A DNA stretch of 60,423 bases, the filler included, from Sphacelaria rigidula (lineage: Eukaryota): assembly GCA_964200075.2 (NCBI GenBank). It is 7 parts of 7 records of this genome, joined end to end, with 100 filler letters (N's around TTAATTAATTAA, not from the genome) between each part and the next. Parts side by side here need not be neighbours in the genome. Positions count along the whole stretch, not along the records: positions 8,648 to 17,194 come from CAXNAA020010820.1; positions 17,295 to 25,840 come from CAXNAA020010821.1; 5 more parts are not named here. The stretch is one strand, 5' to 3'. Of the stretch, positions 11,335 to 23,575 are shown one piece after another. Each line of letters begins with the position of its first letter. Position 1 is the stretch's first letter. The notes beneath the pieces were generated by a model. It did not search any database and was not told where the DNA came from. It saw only the letters and a list, made by a program, of their open reading frames with translations. Both the position numbers and the translations under genes were made by a program.

Positions 11335-14300
11335 GCACCCTCAAAGGGACTTCAAGACAAGCGAACGGCCTTGACAATCAACAAAATCCAAGGCGAAATC
11401 GCATGCGCCAAATCACAAAAAAATACCATACTCCGACGCTAGTTTACTTGTTAGCGCTCGAGTCAACCGCATTTTGCGCAGTGTTTTTCAAAACAAATTC
11501 AGGCGCAGAAGAATGAATCTTGCGAAGAGATTCCTGCGTACCTTCTTCAGCACCGAACCCTTCCCAACCGACCAGAACAACGGCATCACCATTGTCATCC
11601 TCAGGGACGTGCACCAAAGAAGTCATCCGACATTCTCCTTGAGCATACGAATGCTGAAAAATCTTCTAGTTCCGCACTGATGTGGAACTGCGAGTCGCCA
11701 TAGAAACGCAAACGAGCGACATGGGCCGAGTGCACGGCACCAGCAACAATGCTCTGCGCCGAGATCACGCGACCGTGATCGGCTCCGACCACTAGCCACG
11801 GATCTGTCCACGTGGACATCAATTTTGATGTCACACCTTGCCTACGAGCACGGGCATTCAAGACGAAATCGCCAACTGCAATAATGGGCAACACAGCCTG
11901 GCCCTGAATAAGCTTGCGTTTGGTTTCGCGAGACACCGCTACAGCAGCTTGCACTTGCTCAGAAAACTGCACTTGCTCATCAACCACGCCTCGAACCTGG
12001 TCATCCAACGAATCAGCATCCATGACAGGGACGTTCCACTCGCCGCCAGTGACAGAAGCCAGCGCGGAAAAAGCTGTACGCGGTGCACGCCCAAACATCA
12101 CACAACACGGAGTGTTACGGTAGCGCTCACGAAAAGAAGTATTCAACGCGCACTGAGCGGCTGGCGAAACATCAAGTCATTCAGACAACGGCCGTCTCTG
12201 TTCAAACAACATGGACCGCGACGCACGAAAAACGTCTTTTACCATTTGTTCACAAGCACCATTAGACCAAGGGGGTATACGCAACAGAAAATTGGTGTTG
12301 CACCTTGAGCGCATCGCTCAGCTGCGCGATCACTCGATTATTGAAGTGCGTGGCGGTATCACATATCACTAACCCACACACGCGGCACCCCCAAAGCCTT
12401 GCACCAATGGAGAAAGTGCGTAGCCTCAACCTCGACAGTGCAAGCTTCGGTCGGCTCCAACAAAACAAAATTGACAAATCATCCATGATAAGCAAGAGGT
12501 AACGGAAACCATCCTCATCAGCAAACGACTAGCATTTTTTGGTCCACTACTTCCGACGAACAGAAAATCAAAGTGGACAACTTCACCTGGGGCAGTACCA
12601 TGCACAGTATCGCCATACGGACGAGGTACAATCGCACCAGCACGAGTGTCTACACGATGAAAACATTGGGGAACGAACTCGCGAACGTGGAAATCCATGT
12701 GAGGCCACACGCAGTATTCTTTCAAACGACACAGAGTCGGCGCCACACCACGGTGACCAGCCGACCGCATGTGAGCGCACACCATCAAGCGAATTGGTAG
12801 AGCCTTATCATCCAACGGAATCCACAAAACATCACTACTGCCAACACGCACGCGAAACAAACCGTCGTCAGCCAAAGCAGCTTGACCGGAAGTCGTAGGG
12901 AAACAATAAAAACCATCGCCGACTGTTTTGTGCTGCGCGGTATATACGACATCTTACGAGGGCAGCGAATCATCGGCATCACACGGGCTGTACACGGCAA
13001 CAGTACGAGCACGCACAGCAGGAACCTTCACCGATCGAGCTTCACCTGGCGTAAATAAACCGTCAGGCGTGACGATCGTGAAGACCTCCTGAGCCTCCGG
13101 TGCCAGAGGCCTCTGCCAAGACCACTGTAGCAGGTCCGACTTGCCGAAGCATTGAGCTCCCAGCAACTCCTGCATGTCTTCTTAGCTTGGCATCACCCCC
13201 GGAGACTGTTCCGCTCGCGCGTTCACCACCTGATAGTCGTTGATCATACGAAATGTGCCCCTCTTCGACACCGCCATCGCCGGACTCGCCCACACAGCCT
13301 GGATGTTCCCAACCACCAAACCAAACGCCACCAAAGCTGCGATGAATGAGGCAAGCCACACGGTCTTCACCGGATCGTAGCGGCGAGGCTTGGCCTTCAC
13401 AGCCTCCCTCATTGATCCCACGCGCGCTGGCGGATCACCACGCAGCGCGCGACGAAATACATCCACGCGACGAGCTAAAATATGATGCAGACAATATGCG
13501 CCATCGGCGCTCAGGCCCTTCTGCTCGACCTACTGCACGCTATCCTCAAGCGCACGTTCTTTCGCACCTCTCTCCTCCGCTGGGTCCGTGAACATTTCCG
13601 GCACCCGATCAATCAAGCGCTCCACCGCTTCATCAGCAGGAGCTCCCTCCTCACTGGCGCTTTAGAATGATTGTATGGATACGATCACACCCCTTGCAGC
13701 AAGATAGCCGGGTTTTTGCACGCCGGTTTACACCTGCACAGCACTCGGGCGTAACTTATCCAACGCCAGCGGGTACAACTCAATCCCGAGCTCCTTCATC
13801 GTCGCCATCCCAAATAGAACCACGTTGTTCATACCGGGCATTACATCGAAAGTAATGGGCTGCACTCCACAGCCCCCCACGGCGTACGCACGTTAACAGT
13901 AATTGGCACCGTTTTTTGGGCAACCGTCACGGGAGCACCCGTGGCGGTCTGTGCCGTTTGCGGTTCGTTTTCGAACGGAATCTGAAGCTGAACGCCGCCA
14001 CACTGCGAAGACATTTGTTCTAGCAACCCCACACCGATCGACGTGAGCGCGGGCCCAGAATCCAGAATATCGCGGGCCATGAACGAACCTACGCAACCAC
14101 GCAAGGAAAGATTTGCGCGTAAGCATTGAGCCTTGCGATCGACAGGTGTCACGCCTGCCGAATAACCCTGATCGGTACCAAGAGTCACCTGATGCCAGGG
14201 CTGCGCTCCAGCACTTGACATCGACAACTGAGAATCGTCGGTCCAACCAGATCAAGTCGCCGAATGTGCAAACGGCGCTATTACAGCCATCGCAGCAGTA

Positions 14301-15607
14301 GGAGATGCACCAGACATGCATCCTGCCTGGCCGAGGGGTTGTGAACTATTCGCTCGAGCACTCCCCACCGAAGTGTTTGCATTTCCCACGCACACAGTTT
14401 GCCCCGCTACGGACGAACCATAAGATCCAGAGTCACCACCTGATGACGCAGTGGAAGAAACAGAAGCGGAGGAACCACCATCCGCCGCCGTTTGCTTGCT
14501 ACCGCGGCCGCCGCGCCCGCGTCCCTGGTTGGCACGGCCCCGTCCACCGTGACGACCGCCCCGAGATCCTGATCAATCTCGCGCATTGCCCTGAGTAGCG
14601 CCTTGAGCGCGAGGCTTGGGGCAGCCCTTAATCAGATGTCCGGTGCCGTCGCAGTTGTAACACGCGCGAGTGGACGACGCTCGCGAAGGCGGTTGCTGTT
14701 TCTGTTGCTGTTGTTGTTTGCGACGCATACCACTTGCACCTGTTGCAGAATCGCGTCGGTCATGTGCTTCGATGAACTTCCACTGGTCGGCGGCATCAAA
14801 AATCGTTTTGAACACCACCGTCGGATTCTTTTTCCATCCGTCTACATACGTAAGCACGCTCTAACATACGCCTCGGATTCCGCAGGCGAAATCCCGCCCA
14901 CCAAAGTTATGGAAACCAACTCTGCCGGGCCTGGCAACCAACGTCTGTCCTCCGCACGGTACATGGCTTGCACCGTGAGGTTTTCTGCGAAAACTGTTTC
15001 CATCGATGAACTGATCGTCATCGCACGATCCTTCACAGATTTCCCACCGCTTTGTGGCATAGTAAGAACTCTGCGTAGATCTGCTGCAGCCCGCGCAGTG
15101 TCACGCTTGCCGCCGGTTGTGGTGTACCCGGCATGCTGCATCACAGCATCTAGCCATTCGTCGGGAGTCATAGACCGACGGTCCTTGTACATATCTTCGA
15201 AGCGCTGGTGAATATAGGGAGGGGTGAGGTTTCCGATGCTCACTCTCTCATGCCGTATGACTCCTGTTGCATTGGCCGAATATAGCCTCTCTGTGTAGTC
15301 AAGATATTTGACGTAGAAAATTCTTGACGCTTCTTCAGTCCACACTTCGCCATACTTGGGCGACTCTAGTGGCTCACCTACAACCAGCGGCGCTGCCGCC
15401 GCTTGAGCCATGTCGACTAGAATTCAACACTTCACCGAGAGACTCTTGCCTGACTCATGCGTCCTCCAGCTCACGGAGCGTCCCCCTCTGCTGTGCGCTT
15501 CAAGTTGGTCTCTCTGTTTGCGGGCCAAACTGGCGACCAGCTGCACTACACTTTCCTCCTCAGCCAAACGCCTCTAACAGAGTGCCGGAAGAATAATGTC
15601 TAGATAT

Positions 15608-15864
15608 TGTAGCCTCTGCCAGACGATCTGGACACGACGACTTTCAACGAGGGACTCCTCCAGTACCACTGGCCTCGTGCTCGACAAGTCTTTCCTTCTC
15701 ACTTGTTATTATCACAGAGTGATCCTCAACAGACGACATCACGAGCTAGCAGCAAGGGGCCACACATATAACGGCCATGAATCCAGGATCCCCTGCCCCC
15801 TGCCACTGCCCCAATCATGCATGCGATTATACTGAAACCTACGGCTTGGTAGCATTTGGCTACA
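15608..15864 (-). repeat. 5' LTR
   Basis: Gapless match to 11078-11334; lies upstream of gag on the minus strand. Confidence 0.95.
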
Positions 15865-16339
15865 ACCCCACCAAAAAGGCCGAAATCAAGGACCAGAAGA
15901 AGGTGGCCCCCCCCTGTTGGTTGGCCTGATCACCCGGAAGATCCAACGAAGCATTAGAGAGTTTCGGAAGACTTCGTTTCTGATCATAGAGTCAGAGTGC
16001 AGAGTGGAAGCGTCGAAACTTTAGAGTGAACGCTAAAACGTTCATAGCGGAAGCAGGTGTGACGTGGCTTGATGTGGATTTTGTTTTCGAGCAGTGATTG
16101 GTCGCAGATTGTGCCGCCAAATAAATGTGCGATTGCCCAGCGTGCAGTCAGGCGCAGTCCGAAAGTGCACCAGTCAACAGAGCATTTGCTGTACCATACC
16201 CTGCGGCACCCTACGTGCTGTGCACAACGCTTCATTGCACCTGTAGTACTTCAATCCACCACGGTGCTGTAGGGGTTGTGCAGTGTAGAGTACAGCCAGT
16301 GCAGTATAGAGAGTGCAATGCAGAACCCTACAATAGTAC

Positions 16340-17075
16340 ATACAGCGATGCCGTACAGACAGTCAGTTGTACAGTAATACAGCAGCACAACAGTACAGTA
16401 GTAGACAAAACTTTCAAACAACAGACAAGGCCGCATCGTGATGGTTTCCCAATATGCCACCCATAAGTGTGGTGCAAGAAGTCATGACCTCTAACGAAAT
16501 GGCAATGTAGCCAGGTGTAGTACTACTTGTGCGTGGTAGACTACGAATCGTTCACACCATCTTCTTACAGCTGAGGCTGGCAAAAATGAGAAGCTGCACC
16601 CAAGGCAGCGGCGTGTATCCGCCGAGCATTCGAATTTTCACTCAGCACAACCTCATGAGACCACGGCTGGACCCCTGGGGGGTCAGTTGAAGCGCGACAA
16701 TCAATCAATCAATCCAAACAACCAAGCGGATGCTGATACCGTGGCAGCGTCGGGGAGATCTTCCAATTGCAATGCAAAGCGTTTCTACTTCGTGACTGGT
16801 TCATTATGATGAGCATGACAGTTATGACTCTCCGTCCGCTCTAACCCTAACTATTATACTGTACAGCGAAACCGTAACAAGAGTCAGTTGTACAAACAAC
16901 TTTAGTACAGACAGTACGGTCCACAGCACTTTCAAAAAGCAGACCTCGGCCGCATTGCGATGATTTCTCTACGTGCCACCCATCACGGTGGTGCAAGACA
17001 TCATGATCTCCCACGAGATGGGAATACAGCCAGGTGTAGTACTCCTTGTGCGTCGTAGACTACGAATCGTTCACG
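16340..17075 (+). repeat. Diverged direct duplication of a ~215-bp unit (16340-16555 and 16861-17075)
   Basis: Both copies end CCAGGTGTAGTACT.CTTGTGCGT.GTAGACTACGAATCGTTCAC. Confidence 0.85.
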
Positions 17076-17369
17076 GTTAGGACAAATCACCACGACTCAA
17101 AATCACCAAATTCACGGTTTCTTCGGCCTGATTGCCCAAAAAGGAGAAAAAGGTTGATCGCTGGTACTAGGGGTATCCACGCAACTTTTGCGCCNNNNNN
17201 NNNNNNNNNNNNNNNNNNNNNNNNNNNNNNNNNNNNNNTTAATTAATTAANNNNNNNNNNNNNNNNNNNNNNNNNNNNNNNNNNNNNNNNNNNNCTTGAT
17301 TCCAGTATTGGAGCGGGGGATCATTTTGTTGACTTGATCCCAGTATCGAGCGGGACATCATTTTGGCTA

Positions 17370-17569
17370 TTAATAATATTGATTAATAATATTGATAACA
17401 ACAATAATAACAATAATAACAATAATAACAATAATAACAATAATAACAATAATAACAATAATGATAATAACAATCAATAATATGATTTATTTTTATTATT
17501 GTTATTATTATTATTGTTATTATTATCATTATATTATCATTATTATCTTTATTATTATCATTTTAATAA
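17370..17569. repeat. AT-rich microsatellite: (AATAATAAC)n followed by (TTA)n
   Basis: Direct reading. Confidence 0.9.
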
Positions 17570-17608
17570 CCTCGCTACTACCAGATCAGCAAACATCCTC
17601 GTGCGATA

Positions 17609-18823
17609 GTGCGAGGGCCGGAGGCAGGGGAGGGACTCGGCGATGGGACTACTGCCTGGAAAGCCCTTGCGGGCAAATATGACAGCTACAAGAAAGTGAC
17701 GCGACGAGCATGCTACGATGAGTTATGCAATACAGAGATGCAGCATGGACAGGATCCGGAGAACTTCTTTTACAAAATGGACGACCTCCGGGCCCGGCTG
17801 CATGACACTGGAGAGGTGGTCTCTGACGGGCGTTACGAGGACATCATTCTGCACTCCATCACGAACTACAACAATTTTGTACGACAGACCAGCTTCCGCG
17901 ACCGCAACTACGGGTTGGAGGAAATAAAGTCCACCATGCGAAATATGTTCATCGACAACCTTTCTCGCGTACCCACAAAATTTGTCGTGGGCCGCGGCGT
18001 GAACGTGCAGGCGGGGCACGGCGACCTCAGCAGCATCCAGTGCATTAACTGCGCCAAATACGGGCACCGTCGCAACACATGCCCTGAACCTCTGCCACAG
18101 AGATCACAGGAGCACCGACAACAGCAGAGACAAAAGAAGCACTGGAAGGAAGGAGGAGGCGGAAATGCCAAGTGGTTTTCTATACACACGACAAAAAGTC
18201 ACAGCAACGAGCAGTGCTTCAAGCAGAAGGCCACAAAGAAGAAACAAGCTAGCAGCATCAACTCCCCCAACATCGGCAGCACGCGAACTATCCAGACAGC
18301 AGAACCCGAACACCCAACATTTGGGTTTTCCTTCACATCTGTCGGGACTACGCTCGCGAACGTGGCGGAGGAGTCCAAGAAGCTGGAAAAGCCCGACAAG
18401 TCATTTTTCGTTCTTGGACCAACGCCGGAAAATACACTTAAACAACGGACTGCAGATACTCGGAAATCATTTGGGGTGTTTAGCGAAGTTCCGGCTGGGG
18501 AGTCATACGTGGCTACGCTAGCGGCTTTGGGCTCGGTGGGGCCCAATGGGGACGGCATCAACAGCACATCCCTGATCATGCGGGTGGATAGCGGTGCATC
18601 TGCATACTGCCTCGACAGCGACCTCGCTCCCGGAATTCAACGCCGGATGACAAACCTAGCGAAGCTGAAGCAGCCTCACAGGACTATTACCGCTGGTGAA
18701 CACATCGTGGAAGGCGTTGCGACGGGTACCATTTCTGGTGCTGTCACTGACAGAGACGGGGGGAAGCAGACGGTTTCACTCTCGGTCATCATCGTGCCTG
18801 GTCTGGGACGGCACCTCTTTTAA
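17609..18823 (+). pseudogene. Copia gag-protease ORF remnant (404 aa)
   Basis: Gag-like N-terminal part, CCHC knuckle and DSG protease; a premature TAA interrupts the polyprotein. Confidence 0.9.
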
Positions 18824-21800
18824 GTAGCTGCGGCATCAAACATAGGAGCGCTTAACATTTTCGACTCTGTTCAGTCGGGCTTGGAGATGGGAAGCATCAC
18901 TCTGCCATTTAATCGGCTTGGGGGCAACCAATTGTTGTACTTCTTCTCGTTGGATCTGAGGGGTAGAACAACGGGAATGGCCACGCGAGCAGAGTCGGCA
19001 AAGCTGTGGCACCGGCATTTGGGACACGTCAACCGCAGGAGTCTGGATGTCTTGAAGAAAATGGACGACAATGGCGTCAACCACGACGGGGACGTGTCTG
19101 CTTGCGATGGTTGTGCCATCGGGAAACGCACACGACATTCTCACGGCAAGCTACCTACAACGCCACCCGTCTCTTTCAACTAGTCTACACCGACCTTATG
19201 GGGCCCATCACTCCTCCCGCGTTGCAGGGCTACAAGTGCGTCAGCAAATTCACCGACCAGGTGACCAGGTGAAATAAGATATTCCTCATCAAGGACAAGA
19301 GCAACTTAATCGACTGTCTCAAAATGATCGTGCAAGCGCTCGTAGTTCGCAGTGAGTCGCGAGTCGAGCGCCTCTGCGCGGATAGAGGCGGCGAGTAACC
19401 CGTGATGCGTTGAAGGACTACTCTCTTCAGACTGGCATTCGATACGAACTCGCCTCAACAAACACAACCACAGCAGATTGGTGCCTTTGAGCGTGAAGAG
19501 AGGCCTCTCGCCCGGATGGTGCACTGCCTTCTCACGGACTCTGGCCTGCCGAGTTTTCTATGGAGAGAACTCATGCAAACCGCGGTATACCTAGCGAACC
19601 GGGTGCCGCATGCCGCACTGGGAAATCTCACGCCGTACAACAACTTTTACATCGAGGAGGCAAGCCTTGGACGTCTTCGGGCCGTCGGGGCCAGGACGTT
19701 TGTTCACGTAAAAATGCACACCAAGAAGCTCGACCCCCAGGCTTGGAAAGGACGATTCTGTGGGTACAACATGAACAGAAAGTCGTTTCGGATCTACAAC
19801 CCAGCAAAAGTGGACGTGAGGGAAAGAATGAGCGTCAGTTTTGTCAAGACGCCGTCTACCCTGCGCGCTCCGCGATTGACGGGCGATTTCAACGACACTG
19901 ATTTCACGTACCAGGACCACGACCAACTCGTGAGAGACGTGAGGAAATACACTTCACACCTTGACCTCAACTCGCCCCTCACCCACATTGCGGGGATCGA
20001 TCTATCAGGATCGGATAAGGACGAATTTCGAAACATTGTGGAGAAAATCCACGAAATTACCGCTCGTGATCTGCGCTCACGCGCCAGGTCAGGGCCTGCA
20101 TCGCCTGGGAAGAGTTCGCCGGCGGAAGCTATGCCGAGTGGAGAATTAGCAGGAGCATCTTCAAATGCCTTGAAATAGGCATCTTCGTCTACTGCGATAG
20201 GTGCCTCTCGTTCCTAGACGCGGAGCAGCCCTTCCGCTAGAATATCGCGTGAGCCGGGACGCCCGGCGACACGATCCAGCAGTGAACCAACCTCTCGCTA
20301 ATCTCAACACGCCCGACGACGGAATTAGCGCGGCAACTTTGTGCGAACTCAGTTCGCCAGCACACTACACCAAGGAGGTGGTGGCAGGAGGTAGTGGCGG
20401 ACGTTGCCCACCACGAGGACGCGCTAGAATTTGTAGAGTAAGCCCTCGCCGCCACCAATACCAACCTACAAGATCATTCGGAGGGGAAGAAGGTGGCTAC
20501 AATTCCGAACACTTCTAAGGAGGCTACGAAGCTACCGGAAGCGCAACACTGGAAAGCTGCGTCCGACAAGAAGATGAACAGTCTGCAGGAAGGCGGAGTC
20601 TAATCTCTCGTACTTTCCTCCACGACTCATCCGCGAATGAGAGCGATCGGGTCGAGGTGAGTGTATAAGATGAAGGCCGACGGAACTCACACGGGGCGTC
20701 TGGTAGCCCAGGTTCGGAGTCAGGTGCCAGGCAGGGACTGCGGCGGCACGTTCGCTCCGGTATGCAGGTGTGCAGAGCATCCGCTTGGTGCTCGCCATAG
20801 TGACGGAAGTGAGCTGGGAGGTCTACCAGCTGGACGTGCGAACGGCGTTTCTTAACGCGGACGTCGAGGAGGAGGTGTACGTAAAGATGGCGCCTGACTG
20901 CGAGACCACAGACAAGGCGGGAATGCCGCTCGTGATGGAAACTGCACAAGAGTGTGTACGGGTTGGCTCGAAGTCCACATAACTGGTGGGGACCCATCGA
21001 CTCGTATTTGGTGGAAAATGGATTCGTGCCTCTCAAGTCTGACACATGCGTCTACACATACAAGAACGGCGACACGGTCATCATACTTACGCTCCACGTT
21101 GACGACGTTCTTTTACTCGGAGGAAACATGCCTGTGTTCGAGGCCATCAAAGAAGCTGATGAGACGGTTAATGATGACTGACATGGGGAACGTGTCACTC
21201 GTTACCGGCATGGAGGTAACGCGGGACCGCAAGAAGAGTACACTGACTATCATCCAGCAGGACTATAGGAATTCCGTGCTGGAGAGGTTCCGCACGGGAA
21301 GCTGCAATCCTCTGGGCACACCTGGGTTCGGTGCGGAGCTATCGCTGGAACAACCGGAGGAGAAGCTTCTCAACGCGGTGGATGAATAGCGCCACCAGGT
21401 CATCAATGACTCAGTGATGTATCTTACTGAGTACACTCGTTACGACTGCATGTACGCCACCAGCCAGCTCGCTCGGGCCATGTCGAAACCATCAAAGATT
21501 CACATTGTTGCTGCAAAGCATCTTCTTCGCTACCTCGCCAGCACGACGGATTTCCATATCACCCACAAGAAGGGAGGATTCGCTCTCACAGGGTTTTCGG
21601 ATTCCAACTGGGGCAACAACCTCGACACGGCAAGTCTATTTAATCGTACTTCATGATGGCACAGGCCCCGGTGAGCTTCAAGTCGGGGCTGCAGAGTTTC
21701 ATGGGCATGTCGACGATGGTAGCCGAGATGGTGGCTGCGGCACTAGCGATGAAGGAGGCGATGTTGTGCTCGAATATGATGACGGAGTCGGAATTCGAGG

Positions 21801-22711
21801 CGGATTTTGACGGCGTGCCACTATACATCGACAACACGGCTACGCTTCATGTAATCGGCAATCGCATTTTCAGCGCTCGCACGAAGCACGTAGCCTTACG
21901 TTTATTCTACATCCGCAAAGTGGTGAAGTAGGGCAAGATCAAGATCCACTACGTATCCACGGAGAATCAACTCGCTGATGTCGGAACGAACCACCTCGAC
22001 AAGAAGCGTCACCGATACCTCATCAGCAAAATCAAGGACTTCGGAGCCTGGACAGCGTTGGGAGTTTTGGTCAAGAATCTACGACATCAATCACGTCATC
22101 ACCGCAGAAAATGCAGGGGGGGGCTCAGCACCTGTGCCAACGATTGATGGTAGTTAGAAGTACTCCGAGCGCATCAATCTGCGTTGCAATATGTAAATAG
22201 CGGTTTCATGAATCATTATCGAGATTGTCTTATTAAAGTTATTGCAAGTGCTGCCAGATCTGTTGCATGCTCGTTTTTTTGTTTTGGTTTTCAATAATCC
22301 TGCGAAATCTTCTCGCTGTACCGGTATTGCAGAGAGAGTCCAAGTAGTCGTTTTGAAGGTACGATAACATCCGCGTGGAGTTTGTTTTCTTCATAAGGCA
22401 ATTGTAATTCATGCATGTTATGCAAATTGTTCAGCAACCAGCATTTATTGCTGCTACAGTAGAAATGGAACTGGTTTGGCTCATGGCAAGCAGGTGGAGA
22501 TTCTGAAAGCAGAAAATGACAACTTGCTTGGTACATTGACATTGACTTCTCATCAGGTATCGTGCCGACGTAAGCTCTATAGTAAGAAGCACCATATCAA
22601 CTTTGCACTTAGGGGGAAGTAAGCGAGGTTGTCATTAGGGTTGATTAGTGGTAATCGACAACCAGGCAATACCGATCATTTTCTGCGCAGTAAACTTCCA
22701 TTGAGGGAGGG

Positions 22712-23130
22712 TGTTAAGAATAGACTTTGGTATAGACTATCCGGGCAATGCTGAGTGACATAGCACAGGTAACATGTGTCGTTTGGTGTTTATGCGGAGC
22801 AACCGCTATCGGTTGAAACGTCGAATATAGGAACTTTCTAGAGTATGTCTAGAACAAGTACGCTCTAGATCGATCTGAGTAACGGTCCAGTACGATCGAG
22901 AATCTTTGATAGGATTGAGATACGAACTCTTGAAAAGTCTTGAAAAGAGGAGTAAAAGAGAACTCATGAGCACATCGCGAGCCCTAGTTGTTCACTCTTC
23001 ACTTCTCCAAACTTCTCAACTGGGCATCGACAGACCATTGTGTTCTACAAGTCTGTGTTGGCCGCCCATTCAACATCAATTAATTACTTTTCTTGCACAG
23101 TTGAGCCACAGCTTGCGCGGCAGCTTAACA
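22712..23130 (+). repeat. Copia 3' LTR (419 bp)
   Basis: TGTTAAG...CTTAACA inverted ends, preceded by a polypurine tract; no partner LTR in the contig. Confidence 0.8.
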
Positions 23131-23170
23131 TCTGCCAGCGTCAGCCAACTGCAGCCACTTGTGGGTGTAC

Positions 23171-23250
23171 AGCAACACATCAATAACAATATCATCATCA
23201 TCATTATCATCGTTATCATCATCACCATCATCATTGACAACAACGACGCT
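23171..23250. repeat. (CAA)/(ATC)n low-complexity repeat
   Basis: Direct reading. Confidence 0.8.
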
Positions 23251-23394
23251 ATCAAAAACGGGTGATGACGCACCGATGGCCACCAATAACTGGTGAAGCA
23301 CTGATAGCGCACCAACTTACAATATACGCATGTTCATGACGATGAACATGATTTTAAAAGTAATGGCGACGACTGTTTTGTTTCTCCTTATGCG

Positions 23395-23575
23395 TTTCAC
23401 CCTTCCCCCTCCTCGGGACGAGTCCGGGATTCTCAAGACAACCCATCTCTCCCGCGGTACTGTACCTACCTGAAGTTGTGCTGACGCGCACTGGACCAGC
23501 ACACTAGCATCCCATAGACTGTCGTCGACGTTCACGTACAACCCTCGTTCTCATGCGCTCAGTAACGGAAAGTGG
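23395..23575 (-). mobile_element. Degenerate copy of the SINE at 6306-6615
   Basis: Shares CCTCGGGACGAGTCCG...CCCATCTCTCCC..GGTAC and AACCCTCGTTCTC. Confidence 0.55.

Larger units (their letters stand above)
11078..15864 (-). mobile_element. Ty3/Gypsy chromodomain LTR retrotransposon with both LTRs, internally deleted, non-autonomous
   Basis: 257-bp LTRs with TGTAGCC...GGCTACA ends and 4-bp TSD ACCC. gag 14573-15411 with CYNCDGTGHLIKGC knuckle; protease ILDSG (13841-14227); RT N-half (13045-13466); integrase H..GHRG..C, VVHFDF, ICD..THF (11601-12875); chromodomain VLVGWEGFGAEEGTQE (11444-11626). Confidence 0.95.
17570..23130 (+). mobile_element. Ty1/Copia LTR retrotransposon, 5'-truncated and degenerate
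   Basis: Order gag (AWKAL..KY; CINCAKYGHRRNTC) - protease (VDSGAS) - LWHRHLGH - integrase (VYTDLMGP; SGLPSFLW.E...AVYL.NR) - RT (QLDVRTAFLN; YGLARSP; LHVDD) - RNase H (GFSDSNW; YIDNTA; RTKHVA). PPT GAGGGAGGG at 22703-22711 directly before the LTR. Confidence 0.95.

Noticed and set aside
14603-15211. 202-aa plus-strand ORF
   Set aside because: Antisense to Gypsy gag.
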